Part shown: one piece after another, positions 37,311-46,801 of the stretch
Position numbering within the stretch: the stretch's first letter is position 1
Layout of the letters: every line of letters begins with the position of its first letter
Assembly (NCBI GenBank): GCA_020722315.1
Contig: DYLD01000001.1
Coordinates: 13,296-77,295 of the forward strand
From: Syntrophus aciditrophicus
GTDB taxonomy: Bacteria > Desulfobacterota > Syntrophia > Syntrophales > UBA5619
Length of the DNA stretch: 64,000 nucleotides
Direction of reading: 5' to 3'
Translations under genes and position numbers: made by a program
The notes under the pieces: generated by a model
The model's input: only the letters and a program-made list of their open reading frames with translations
What the model was told of the DNA's origin: nothing
Databases searched by the model: none

Positions 37311-37651
37311 TTTCCTCTTGACTCTTTCTTGGCCGTTTCCCTGTTTTCATAAATATGGAAGAGACAATCCAAGCGATTTTGCGTTATATATTTCATGATT
37401 TCGGGGTTTAGGGAGCATAACTTCAAGTCCCCTCTCAAAAGGTTGATTTCTTTCCTTATACTGCTCAGGACGCCGACAACGGTGATCGGTTCAAATTTTT
37501 CCAATTCTTTCATGTCTATAATCACCCTCATGCCCGTTTCCTTGAGATAAGGGAACAGACATTTCCTGGCCATGACGGCCTCGTTTTTTCTGGTTTTTCC
37601 CGATACCTCGATCAGATAGAAACCATTTTCTTCAACAATGCGATAGTTCAT
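37307..37651 (-). CDS. STAS-domain protein (anti-sigma-factor-antagonist-like)
   Basis: 114 aa with a STAS-like pattern (VIIDMKELEKF...LRGDLKLCSLNPEI). It shares a 4-nt overlap with the MBL gene. Confidence 0.6.
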   Translation of the reverse strand: MNYRIVEENGFYLIEVSGKTRKNEAVMARKCLFPYLKETGMRVIIDMKELEKFEPITVVGVLSSIRKEINLLRGDLKLCSLNPEIMKYITQNRLDCLFHIYENRETAKKESRGK

Positions 37652-37739
37652 TTCCCTTCAAGTTCTCCTTTGCACTTCTTCTTGTGATGCTGGCGACTTT
37701 ATTAGCAGATTCTTGTTACGGTCTGCTTACGCGCCGGCT

Positions 37740-38380
37740 AAGATTTGATGAAGAGTCCACAGCTCAGAGGAAGTTATGACCCGGACGGATTACGCTTATC
37801 TTTCCGGGCTAAAGCAGGCCGGTCGAATTGATCGAATCAGCAAGACTGCCGGATTCGCGGATATGCGACAGGATTCTGCCGGCGAAAACAGTATCCCCGG
37901 GAAAAAACATCCGGTGGCAAGGTTCATACATGCAGAGCGATTTGGCGCTCAGAAAACCGACGTGCCGTACGCGCCCGGCAAGAGCGAAAACAACTGTCTC
38001 TTTCGCTGTCAGATTTGCCTTATAGTTACCAAAGCTATGTTTTATCAATCGCGATATCCGAGGGTTGTATCAAGAAAAGAAAGACGCAACTGTTTCAGAT
38101 ACTTTCCCGCTTGACGTGAAAACGGACGGATGAGCCGGTGACCTTGCTCTTTCCGCTATAAAGGAAAACGTTGAACTTATCCATGTCCATTCGTTTTCCG
38201 CGGGAGGGATCCCTCTTGTCGGCGAGCAGATCTTCCTCAACTGTTCAGATTCGGGACATCGCCGAAACCCATCCTTTCAATTGCCTCCCGGAGCGTAGGT
38301 GTAGATGCCGAAACCCCGCGGCGAAGATGAGCTGTGTGACCAAATATGACATCGGCTCTACTCATAACCCTGCCTCTGCC
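37740..38380 (-). pseudogene. Decayed paralogue of the MBL-fold hydrolase
   Basis: The minus strand encodes FGNYKANL...FFPGDTVFAGRILSHIRESGSLADSINSTGLL*PGKISVIRPGHNF. The intact gene has LGNYSLEV...LFTGDTLFAGGKLSYIGESGSVGDYINSISLLATRKINEFYPGHGE. There is an in-frame stop, the HTPGH ligand motif is lost, and the upstream HxHxDH region has degraded to GHTAHLRRG. Confidence 0.55.
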
Positions 38381-38689
38381 TGCCTGAATATGAATCTATA
38401 TTTGCTCTCATTTCCGGAACAAACCTCTTTCCTCGTCGGACGCAGTGTACAAAAAGAAAATGACCCTGTTATTAACAGTCTGTGAATTTTCGATGAAATT
38501 AGAAAAAGGATGATTTCTTCTCGGGAATAGTGTTCGATCAGCACTTTACGCTGTTCGTCCACAAACCGCCTTTCTAACCGATGATAATAGCCCCTTTGTT
38601 TCCCGCCTGTTCGCCTATTCATTCGTAGCCGGCGAAATTTTATTTCTGCTTGACAGGAACCGGAATTTTTTATAACGAAAAATCGTTTA

Positions 38690-38850
38690 TAAGATCATGG
38701 TGGATCAGAGGAAGAGGGGTGTGATTCCCCCGCTGCCCCGCAGCCGTGAAGGGAACGAAAGCCTAAAAATATCCACTCCTGAGATAGGTCAGGGGGAAGG
38801 AAGGCAAGTAGGGGGCCCGAAGCCGGAAGACCGATCCGCCGGGGTGATTC
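38690..38850 (+). promoter_or_regulatory. Cobalamin riboswitch upstream of the btuCD-like genes
   Basis: Reads GAGGAAGAGGGGTGTGATTCCCCCGCTGCCCCGCAGCCGTGAAGGGAACG...CCACTCC...GGGGGAAGG...GAAGCCGGAAGACC. It is followed by GGGAGG and the ATG at 38861. Confidence 0.85.
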
Positions 38851-38860
38851 TCGTGGGAGG

Positions 38861-39901
38861 ATGATCTTGCCGGATAGCGAGTCCCATCTGACCCTGAGCA
38901 GAATAGCCAGGGTTTCATTTTTTCTGGCCGCCGTATTGGCGGCGGTTTTTGTGCTGGCCCTTTTTGCCGGGCCGGCATCGCTGAGCTTTTCTTCGGTCCT
39001 TCATGAGCTTTTCTCTGTTTTTCCGTTTTCGGGCAACGGAGGGGCACTCTCCGAATCCGAGCGTGCAATCCTCTTTTCGATACGCATTCCCAGGGTGATA
39101 TTCGCCGGCATCGTAGGGGTTTCTCTTTCCTGCTCCGGGGTCGTCTTTCAGGGACTCCTGCGCAACCCCCTGGCGGATCCTTACGTTCTCGGCGTTTCCG
39201 GAGGCGCTGCGGCGGGTGCAATTATCGCAATCCTCTGCGATTTTGATTCGGTGGCGTTCGGCGTTCCGTTGGTCGCCTTTGCAGGCGCCGTGGCCTCGAT
39301 TCTTCTCGTATGGGGCCTTTCCGGTCCTACGGCAAGAATGAAGATGGAAAGGGTGCTTTTGTCCGGCGTCATCGTCAACGCGTTTTTTTCAGCCCTCATC
39401 ATGTTTCTCGTCTCAGTAATCGGAAGCGATCGCATCCATAACGTGTTCTTCTGGCTGATGGGGGACCTCGGAATGGCGCAGGGCAGAGACATCATGTTTG
39501 CGGCCCTCTTCATGCTCGCCGGCTTTATCGTTATGATCTTCTACGCCCGAGACCTCAATGTCCTGCTGACCGGCGAGGATGCCGCCCTCCAGCTCGGCAT
39601 TCACGTGGGAGCTACACGGATGATTCTGCTTTTGTCGGCCTCGCTCGTGACCGGAGCCGCCGTGTCGATGAGCGGCATCATAGGCTTTGTCGGATTGATG
39701 GTTCCCCATATCGTTAGAATGCTTTTCGGCTCGGACAACAGGCTTCTGTTTCCGGCATCGGCCCTCTTCGGCGCATCGTTTTTGATTATTGCCGACGCGA
39801 TCGCCCGCTCGATCCTTGCGCCGTCCGAACTGCCGGTCGGCGTGATCACCGCCCTCTGCGGCGCCCCTTATTTCGCCTATCTTATGAAGAGGTTCAAGTA
39901 G
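38861..39901 (+). CDS. FecCD/BtuC-family ABC permease (corrinoid/iron-complex type)
   Basis: 346 aa, about 9-10 TM segments, with RIPRVIFAGIVG..LRNPLADPYVLGVSGGA and ...GVITALCGAPYFAYL. Confidence 0.85.
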   Translation: MILPDSESHLTLSRIARVSFFLAAVLAAVFVLALFAGPASLSFSSVLHELFSVFPFSGNGGALSESERAILFSIRIPRVIFAGIVGVSLSCSGVVFQGLLRNPLADPYVLGVSGGAAAGAIIAILCDFDSVAFGVPLVAFAGAVASILLVWGLSGPTARMKMERVLLSGVIVNAFFSALIMFLVSVIGSDRIHNVFFWLMGDLGMAQGRDIMFAALFMLAGFIVMIFYARDLNVLLTGEDAALQLGIHVGATRMILLLSASLVTGAAVSMSGIIGFVGLMVPHIVRMLFGSDNRLLFPASALFGASFLIIADAIARSILAPSELPVGVITALCGAPYFAYLMKRFK

Positions 39902-39904
39902 CGC

Positions 39905-40735
39905 ATGGAAATTCTAAAGATCGAGGGCGTCAGTTTCCGGTATGACGCCGAATGGATTTTAAAGGATATCAGTCTCACGATCGGAAGGGGCGAGCTGTGG
40001 GGGATTTTAGGGCCGAACGGCTCCGGAAAGACGACGCTGCTGAATCTGATCGACGGGATCATCTCGCCGCAGAAGGGCGCGATAAAGATCGAAGGAATCG
40101 CCGTCGGGAAGATCCAAAGAAGGAATCTCGCGAAGCTGATCGCCGTCGTTCCGCAGGAAACCGCGTGGATCTTCCCCCTGACCGTCGAAGAGGTCGTCCT
40201 GATGGGTCGGACGCCCCACCTCGGCCGATGCGAGTTCGAATCGAAGCAGGATTTCGATGTCGCCCGGTCGGCCATGGAGGCAACCGACGTGCTCGGGTTT
40301 TCATCGCGCCTTATCCAGTCGTTGAGTGGCGGGGAGAGGCAGAGGGTTCTGATCGCCCGCGCGCTTGCCCAGCAGCCGAAGATGCTTCTTCTCGACGAAC
40401 CCACTTCATCGCTGGATATAGCCCACCAGATACGGATTTTTGAACTCCTTCGCCGGTTGAGCGAAGAATCGGGGCTTACCGTCCTGGCTGCCACGCATGA
40501 TATGAACCTGGCCTCACTGTACTGCAACAGGATCGCCCTGTTGCACAAAGGAGATTTTTATTCAAACGGGACGCCTGAGGAGGCACTGACACAAAAGAGC
40601 ATACGAGATGTTTACGGGGTCGACACCGTTGTCGACCGTCATCCATTAACCGGTCTGCCGAGGATTTCACTCCTCGGCGGCCATTCGCCCAAACGAGGAA
40701 GCCGGTGGAAATCCGGCGCTGCCCCGCATCTGTAA
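39905..40735 (+). CDS. ABC transporter ATP-binding protein (BtuD/FepC type)
   Basis: Contains GPNGSGKTTLL and LSGGERQRVLIARAL. The last ~20 codons overlap the next riboswitch. Confidence 0.85.
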   Translation: MEILKIEGVSFRYDAEWILKDISLTIGRGELWGILGPNGSGKTTLLNLIDGIISPQKGAIKIEGIAVGKIQRRNLAKLIAVVPQETAWIFPLTVEEVVLMGRTPHLGRCEFESKQDFDVARSAMEATDVLGFSSRLIQSLSGGERQRVLIARALAQQPKMLLLDEPTSSLDIAHQIRIFELLRRLSEESGLTVLAATHDMNLASLYCNRIALLHKGDFYSNGTPEEALTQKSIRDVYGVDTVVDRHPLTGLPRISLLGGHSPKRGSRWKSGAAPHL

Positions 40736-40832
40736 GCGTAACGAACACCGCACGATGCCACTGGTTTCTTTCAGAAACCGGGAAGGCGCGGCAAGTAGGG
40801 AGACGCAAGCCAGAATATTCGCCCGGCGGATG
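40672..40832 (+). promoter_or_regulatory. Cobalamin riboswitch upstream of the btuB-like receptor
   Basis: Reads GAGGAAGCCGGTGGAAATCCGGCGCTGCCCCGCATCTGTAAGCG...GCCACTGG...CCGGGAAGGCGCGG...GCAAGCCAGAATATTCGCC. The B12 box is degenerate. Confidence 0.75.
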
Positions 40833-40973
40833 AAACACAACTGCTTTTCGAGAGGGAAAGGAGGCTGTATGAAGGAATCGGAAAAGAAAACGCCATCCTA
40901 ATGAGTCGATGTGATTGAAGGAGCAAAAGCAGGAATGACTTACAGACCGCAAACTCACAGGAGGGAGTGAAAG

Positions 40974-42833
40974 ATGAACAAACTGGTATGGTGCATCGCA
41001 GGTTTTTTATTCTCAGGGATAGTTCTACCCGGCTCCATTCTGGGGCAGGAAATCAAAGGAACCATGGAGGAGGTTGTCGTTACGGCAAGCAGGTTGGAGG
41101 AGCAGGTGAAATACTCTCCTGATTCCATTACCGTGATCACAAAGGAGGAGATACAAAAAGCCGGTAAGGAAACGGTCATCGACGTCTTAAGGGAAACACC
41201 GGGGGTTTACATTTCCCAGAACGGCAAGTTCGGGGGAAGCGCCTCGATTTTTCTGCGCGGCACGAACAACGCCCACACGTTAATCATGATAGACGGGATA
41301 AAGGTCGGCGATCCTATGGCCACAGACGGGAGGATCAGCATTTCCGATCTCCCGACGGACAACATCGAAAGAATCGAGGTCATCCGCGGTGCGCAAAGCG
41401 TCCTGTATGGATCGGACGCGATCGGCGGCGTGATCAACATCATTACGAAAAAAGGAAAGGGGAAACCTGCCGTATCCTTTTCTGCTGAAGCAGGTTCATT
41501 TGAAACATTCAGGGAAAACCTTGGAGTCCGTGGCGCAAACGACAAGGTAAGCTATGCGGCATCCGTCTCGCGCCTCGACACGAAGGGTGTCTCAAAAGCG
41601 GCTGAAGACCTCGGAAACACCGAGCAGGATTATTATCACAATACGAACTTCTCCGCCCGGCTGAATGCGAAGTTAACCGAGAAACTGAAAGCAGGCTTTA
41701 TGGCCTCTCATTCGGAATCTTCAATGGATTATGATAATCCTGGCGTGGACGCGGACAAGGTCCAGGACACGGATATCACGACCGTTTCGACGAATCTGGA
41801 TCATGACATACTGGACTGGTGGCAACAGATCATCAAGCTGGGTGCAACACAGACAAAAAGGGAATACACCGCGAACGGCGCGTTTGACAGCACGTACAAA
41901 GGGACGATAAAATCAGCCTCCTGGCAGCACAACTTCTTCCTCAAGGATGTCGATGTTTTAACCGCCGGCTTTGACTACCTGGAAGAATCGGGAGACAGCC
42001 AGAGCCTTTGGGGAAATATATCGGAAAAGAAGGTTGATACGAGAAGCTTTTTCATTCAAAATAAATTGACCCCGCTGCAGGGTCTTTCCGTTACGCTCGG
42101 GGCCCGTCACGACGATCATGAAACCGCCGGCGGCGAGAACACCTATAAGGCGGCGCTGGCGTATTTTTTCGATCCCACCGGAACCAAGATCAGGGGAAGC
42201 TACGGCACAGGGTTTCACGCCCCTTCCCTCTACCAGTTGTACTCTGCTTTCGGCGATCGGAACCTGAAACCGGAAGAAAGCAAGGGATATGACATCGGTC
42301 TGGAACAGGAACTTCTTAACAGAAAGGTTCTGATTTCGATAACTTATTTCGAGACCGATATCGAAGATTTGATAGACTGGAACTGGGTTACATGGAAGTA
42401 TTACAATGTCGGGAAGGCGGAAACAAAGGGATGGGAAACCGCTGTCTCCTACAAACCCGTGGACTGGTTAAGCGTTGATCTGAACTATACCTATACCGAC
42501 GCAAAGGACAGGACGGCCGGAGGAACGAATGAAGGCAAATATCTGATATACAGGCCGAAGCATAAGGCCTTTGCCGCCGTCAACATCAAGCCGGTCGAAA
42601 AATTGAACCTCAATATCAACGCCCAGCATGTCGGCAGAAGATACCGCAACGCGAACAATGCCGATGAAATGCCTGCCTACACGCTTCTCAACCTCTTTGC
42701 CACGTACGACCTGACGAAAAATTTACAGCTATTCGGCAGGGTTGATAACGTAACGGACAAAAATTACGAATCTATATACCAGTATGGCGAACCAGGCATC
42801 GGGGTTTATGGAGGAATCAGGGTCAATTTTTAA
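40974..42833 (+). CDS. TonB-dependent receptor, BtuB-like
   Basis: 619 aa. It has a signal peptide, the plug motif EEVVVTASRLEEQVKYSPDSITVI, and a C-terminal ...GGIRVNF end. It sits behind a riboswitch. Confidence 0.85.
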   Translation: MNKLVWCIAGFLFSGIVLPGSILGQEIKGTMEEVVVTASRLEEQVKYSPDSITVITKEEIQKAGKETVIDVLRETPGVYISQNGKFGGSASIFLRGTNNAHTLIMIDGIKVGDPMATDGRISISDLPTDNIERIEVIRGAQSVLYGSDAIGGVINIITKKGKGKPAVSFSAEAGSFETFRENLGVRGANDKVSYAASVSRLDTKGVSKAAEDLGNTEQDYYHNTNFSARLNAKLTEKLKAGFMASHSESSMDYDNPGVDADKVQDTDITTVSTNLDHDILDWWQQIIKLGATQTKREYTANGAFDSTYKGTIKSASWQHNFFLKDVDVLTAGFDYLEESGDSQSLWGNISEKKVDTRSFFIQNKLTPLQGLSVTLGARHDDHETAGGENTYKAALAYFFDPTGTKIRGSYGTGFHAPSLYQLYSAFGDRNLKPEESKGYDIGLEQELLNRKVLISITYFETDIEDLIDWNWVTWKYYNVGKAETKGWETAVSYKPVDWLSVDLNYTYTDAKDRTAGGTNEGKYLIYRPKHKAFAAVNIKPVEKLNLNINAQHVGRRYRNANNADEMPAYTLLNLFATYDLTKNLQLFGRVDNVTDKNYESIYQYGEPGIGVYGGIRVNF

Positions 42834-42845
42834 CAGGTAAGGACG

Positions 42846-42882
42846 AACATCTCCGCACCCGCCTCTCGGGGGCGGAGATGTT
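42846..42882 (+). terminator. GC-rich hairpin after the receptor gene (a possible terminator, but with no U-tract)
   Basis: AACATCTCCGC ... GCGGAGATGTT forms a perfect 11-bp stem with an inner CCCG/CGGG stem. Confidence 0.4.
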
Positions 42883-42953
42883 GTCGGGAAGGGTAATGCA
42901 TCTTAAAAAAACAAGATACACGAAAGTTTCGGGAGGCGGATTACCGCGGGAAA

Positions 42954-43664
42954 ATGGAGGGCGTCGTAAAACCAAAAAGCTTCGTTTCGTGGAGCGGCGG
43001 AAAGGATTGTGCGCTGTCGTACTACCGTGCAACAGAAACAAACAGGATCGCCTATCTTTTGAACATGATTGCCGAGACCGGCGACGTGTCCCGGTCTCAC
43101 GGCATCCGGACAAAAATCATGCAGCTCCAGGCGGAGGCGATAGGAGTCCCGCTGATGCAGGTCAAAAGCTCATGGGAGAGTTATGAAGCACAATTCAAGA
43201 AGGCCGTAGCCGTTCTCAAAGAAAAAGGGGTGGAAGTGGGGATCTTCGGAGACATCGACCTCGAAGAGCACAGACAATGGGAGGAAAGGGTCAGCAGGGA
43301 ATCGGGCATAAGCGCTGTTTTGCCGCTCTGGGGGACAAAAAGGGAACAGCTTCTGCACGAATTTATCGAATCCGGATTCGAGGCCGTCATTGTTGCGACA
43401 AAGGAGGATCTACTTGGGGACAAATGGCTGGGACGGAGAATCGATAAAGATTTTATCAGCGAAATCTCAAATGTCTCCGGCGTTGACGCTTCAGGTGAAA
43501 ACGGGGAGTACCACACCTTCGTGCTGTCCGGCCCGATATTCCACAAACGTTTGCAAATCGTGAAGTCCGAAAAGATCACACGCCAGGGGTACTGCTTTCT
43601 TGACATATCGGAATGCGAGCTAGTGGAAAATGAATTGCATCAGGCACGAAACACGAAAGACTAA
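42954..43664 (+). CDS. Dph6-related / MJ0570-type ATP pyrophosphatase (DUF71)
   Basis: It has the PP-loop FVSWSGGKDCALS and the later motif GENGEYHTFV. Confidence 0.65.
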   Translation: MEGVVKPKSFVSWSGGKDCALSYYRATETNRIAYLLNMIAETGDVSRSHGIRTKIMQLQAEAIGVPLMQVKSSWESYEAQFKKAVAVLKEKGVEVGIFGDIDLEEHRQWEERVSRESGISAVLPLWGTKREQLLHEFIESGFEAVIVATKEDLLGDKWLGRRIDKDFISEISNVSGVDASGENGEYHTFVLSGPIFHKRLQIVKSEKITRQGYCFLDISECELVENELHQARNTKD

Positions 43665-43699
43665 AAAGAGGGATTTGTGTGAATTACAATGAGGATTCG

Positions 43700-43942
43700 C
43701 TGATTAGGTTCCCGGATTTCGGGGGAATAATAACGGGGGTTACGAAGGCCTGATTGTCCTTATCGTCGAGGTGCTGGCCGATGGCCGGCGAGATTAGGAT
43801 AGGACGTTCTTCCGGACATGAAATACTCGATAATGACGCGCAAAATGCGGCCGGAGGCTGGCGTTTCGAACCGGGAACAAGAAATGGCAAGCCCGTGAAA
43901 ATGCTTGCCGAGGTGCCGGTACGATCCGTCCTGAACGAGTAG
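43700..43942 (+). pseudogene. TonB C-terminal-domain fragment with a frameshift
   Basis: One frame reads GYEGLIVLIVEVLADGR. The next frame reads GEIRIGRSSGHEILDNDAQNAAGGWRFEPGTRNGKPVKMLAEVPV. Together they resemble a TonB C-terminal domain. No N-terminal part is present. Confidence 0.55.
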
Positions 43943-43954
43943 CATCCTCGATGT

Positions 43955-44153
43955 GAGACCTTTGAAAAATGGTGCCTGAAGCGCAAATTTATTGATTTTT
44001 CTTAGGCACCCCCCGTTCTGAGAGCAAGGCTTTTAAAGGCATTAAGAACGTAAGCGATCCCAGAGTGTTCAGCCCCCCTAGAGCCTTTTCGCCAAGACGC
44101 CGCGGGGTCGAAAAAGATTTATGAGCGCAAGGGCGGCGTTTTGCAAAGATCTC
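43955..44153. repeat. ~190-bp palindromic intergenic repeat, copy C (reverse orientation relative to A and B)
   Basis: Its reverse complement aligns with copies A and B along the full length. The termini are GAGACCTTTGAAAAATGG ... GTTTTGCAAAGATCTC. Confidence 0.85.
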
Positions 44154-44175
44154 GATATGTTATGAGCACAGCAAA

Positions 44176-45024
44176 ATGATGCCGATAAACCAGGCAAAAA
44201 GATCACTCTTTTTCATGTTGACGGCCATTTTTCTTATGTTCCCCGTAATCGCTCTTCCGGCCTCTCCAAAACGTATTGTCTCGCTTGCACCCAGTTTAAC
44301 GGAAATTATATGCGATCTCGGCATGTCGGAAAGGCTAGTCGCGGTGACCGATTATTGCGACTACCCGCCCGAAGTGATCAAAAAGCCCAAGGTCGGAGGT
44401 TTTGCGAATCCATCTCTGGAGATGATCGTCTCTTTGAAGCCAGATCTGGTTGTGCTGACCGAAGACGGCAATCCGAAATCACTGAATGACCGACTCCGGA
44501 ATATCGGGATAAAGACGTACATTTTCCGGGCGCGAAGGATCAAGGAGCTTCCCCAGGCTATTGTTGATCTCGGAATTGCGCTTGGCATACCCAAACGGGC
44601 GGAGTTGAACGCACACCGGTTTTCAACCCGACTGGATCGTTTCGAAAAAAGTGTTCAAAAACATACTGCGGGCAAGGCTAAAAAGGCCGTCTTCATTGTT
44701 CAACCGGTTCCACTGGTCGTCGCGGGAAAGGAAACGGTCATGGACGATGCGTTTACGATTCTCGGAATAGAAAATATCGGGGCCGCGGGAGGAAGAGGCT
44801 ATCCGAAATTCTCTGTCGAGGAGATTATACGTCTTGAGCCCGATGTCTTGTTTTTCGGCAAAGGAACAAAAATGGAAGAACGCTCCAAACCCCTCCTCAA
44901 CAAGCTCTCATTTCTGCGTGCCGTTCGGGAAGGGAAGGTCTTTTTTCTTGACGTTGCGGTTTACCGGCTTGGACCCAGAATAATCGATATTATGCAGGAA
45001 ATCTCCGACAGGATTTATCCCTGA
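44176..45024 (+). CDS. Periplasmic corrinoid/iron-complex-binding protein (BtuF-like)
   Basis: It has a signal peptide and the stretch RIVSLAPSLTEIICDLG...VAVTDYCDYP...KPDLVV. Confidence 0.8.
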   Translation: MMPINQAKRSLFFMLTAIFLMFPVIALPASPKRIVSLAPSLTEIICDLGMSERLVAVTDYCDYPPEVIKKPKVGGFANPSLEMIVSLKPDLVVLTEDGNPKSLNDRLRNIGIKTYIFRARRIKELPQAIVDLGIALGIPKRAELNAHRFSTRLDRFEKSVQKHTAGKAKKAVFIVQPVPLVVAGKETVMDDAFTILGIENIGAAGGRGYPKFSVEEIIRLEPDVLFFGKGTKMEERSKPLLNKLSFLRAVREGKVFFLDVAVYRLGPRIIDIMQEISDRIYP

Positions 45025-45102
45025 CAACGGCGGCCAGGCCGGCTTGAGGCGGCTGGATGGGTGATCCGCTTTGGATCGGTCGTTCGGAATTTCAAAAAAG
45101 CC

Positions 45103-45132
45103 TTGACACATTACAATAGCGTATCCTATAGT
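45103..45132 (+). promoter_or_regulatory. Sigma-70-like promoter for the fchA-like/folD genes
   Basis: TTGACA (45103-45108), an 18-nt spacer, then TATAGT (45127-45132), about 50 nt upstream of the ATG. Confidence 0.45.
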
Positions 45133-45181
45133 TCGGCGCTGCAAAAAGGCTCTTATCACAAAAGAAAAGGAGGGAACAGAC

Positions 45182-45814
45182 ATGTCGATGGTGGATAACC
45201 CCTGTACGCACTTTTTGTCCGAACTGGCGTCCAAGGCCCCCGTCCCGGGAGGAGGGGGAGCTGCCGCGCTCGGAGGCGCGATAGGTATGTGCCTCAGCAA
45301 CATGGTGGGCAATCTTACCGTGGGTAAAAAGAAGTATGCCGATGTGGAAGGCGAAGTCAAAGACCTGCTTCAGCGCGGCGATGCGGTCATCGAAAAACTC
45401 AAAAACCTTGTGGATAAAGACGCCGAAGTGTTTGCCCCTCTGTCCAAAGCATACGGATTACCGAAAGACACGCCGGAACAGATAAAGAAAAAAGACGAAA
45501 CCATTGAGGAGTGCAGCAAGGTCGCCTGCTCAGTTCCGCTGGAGATCATGCGGAATGCCTATGAAGGAATACAAATTCATAACAGAATGGGGCAGATCGG
45601 CTCGATGCTTGCGATCTCCGATGTGGGCTGCGGCGTCGCTTTTTTGAAAAGCGCATTGATAGCCGCTAGCCTTAACGTCATCATCAATTTAAATACAATT
45701 AAAGATCCCAAATTCTTGGAAGAAACACGAAACGAAATGAATAAGCTGCTGGACGAGGGGTCAAGGCTGGCCGATAAAACGCTCGATCTGGTTATTGCTA
45801 AACTGACAAAATAA
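45182..45814 (+). CDS. Cyclodeaminase/cyclohydrolase-family protein (FTCD C-terminal-like, FchA-like)
   Basis: Contains FLSELASKAPVPGGGGAAALGGAIG and ...NLTVGKKKY. It lies next to folD. Confidence 0.7.
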   Translation: MSMVDNPCTHFLSELASKAPVPGGGGAAALGGAIGMCLSNMVGNLTVGKKKYADVEGEVKDLLQRGDAVIEKLKNLVDKDAEVFAPLSKAYGLPKDTPEQIKKKDETIEECSKVACSVPLEIMRNAYEGIQIHNRMGQIGSMLAISDVGCGVAFLKSALIAASLNVIINLNTIKDPKFLEETRNEMNKLLDEGSRLADKTLDLVIAKLTK

Positions 45815-45826
45815 AGGAGAGGATCA

Positions 45827-46684
45827 ATGGCAGAAATTCTTAAAGGAAAACCTGTAGCTGATGCGATAAACGCAGAGCTTACCCAGAAGGTTGCTCAACT
45901 CAAATCGCGCGGCATCTCCCCCAAACTCGGCATAATACGTGTCGGGGCGAGGCCGGACGATCTTTTTTACGAGGGAGGTGCAAAGAAGAACTGCGCCGCT
46001 ATCGGCATGGAATCCGAGGTTTTTGAATATCCGGAAGATATTCAGCAGGATGCTCTGGAAAAAGCCGTAATCGAAGTCGGCGCCAAGAAGGATGTGCACG
46101 GCATTCTGATGTTCTTCCCGTTGCCGAAGCATCTTGACGGGAAAAAAATACGGGATCTGATACCCGTGGAAAAGGACGTGGACTGTTTGACAACCGCAGG
46201 AGCCGCGAAGGTATTCACCGACGATCCCACCGGTTTCCCCCCCTGCACGCCGACCGCGTGCATGGAGATGCTGCATCACTACAACGTCCCTCTGAAGGGC
46301 AAGAAATGCACCATCGTCGGAAGATCTCTTGTCGTAGGCAAGCCGGTTGCGATGCTCCTCCTAAGAGAGCACGCCACTGTGACGATATGCCATTCAAGAA
46401 CCGAAAACCTGCCCGATGTCTGCAAGGAAGCTGACATACTCGTCGCGGCGGTAGGCCGCGCGAAAATGGTGAAGAGCAATTTCGTCAAACCCGGTCAGAT
46501 CGTCATCGATGTAGGCATCAACCCCGATCCGGACAACCCCGGAAAGTATTGCGGGGATGTCGATTTCCCGGGTGTTGAGCCGATCGTCGCGAAAATCTCA
46601 CCCGTGCCCGCAGGCGTCGGTTCCGTCACAACTTCGGTCCTCTGCAAACAGACACTGCAGGCCTGCGAGATGCAAACGGCGTAA
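45827..46684 (+). CDS. folD: Bifunctional methylenetetrahydrofolate dehydrogenase/methenyl-THF cyclohydrolase
   Basis: Contains ILKGKPVA and ...[15 protein letters not shown]...[10 protein letters not shown]...[11 protein letters not shown]. Confidence 0.9.
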   Translation: MAEILKGKPVADAINAELTQKVAQLKSRGISPKLGIIRVGARPDDLFYEGGAKKNCAAIGMESEVFEYPEDIQQDALEKAVIEVGAKKDVHGILMFFPLPKHLDGKKIRDLIPVEKDVDCLTTAGAAKVFTDDPTGFPPCTPTACMEMLHHYNVPLKGKKCTIVGRSLVVGKPVAMLLLREHATVTICHSRTENLPDVCKEADILVAAVGRAKMVKSNFVKPGQIVIDVGINPDPDNPGKYCGDVDFPGVEPIVAKISPVPAGVGSVTTSVLCKQTLQACEMQTA

Positions 46685-46713
46685 GTTATCGCCTCATTTT
46701 ACCTCTTTTCATT

Positions 46714-46761
46714 AAAGCGGCTTTTCGTGAAAGACACAATGACCGAAAAGCCGCTTTTTTT
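46714..46761 (+). terminator. Intrinsic terminator after folD
   Basis: AAAGCGGCTTTTCG ... CGAAAAGCCGCTTT followed by TTTTT. Confidence 0.75.
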
Positions 46762-46801
46762 CTTTGACATCTGAGCGCCAGTTATTTCTAATAATCTTAA
46801 T

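Noticed and set aside
38362-38622. 86-aa minus-strand ORF and the 38171-38485 plus-strand ORF
   Set aside because: They lie in the decayed MBL paralogue / promoter region, with no RBS or family features.
38650-38676. Possible sigma-70 promoter (TTGACA ... TATAAC) upstream of the btuCD-like riboswitch
   Set aside because: The spacer is only 15 nt. It is plausible but too weak to list as a feature.
39877-40548. 223-aa minus-strand ORF
   Set aside because: It is antisense to the ABC ATPase gene.
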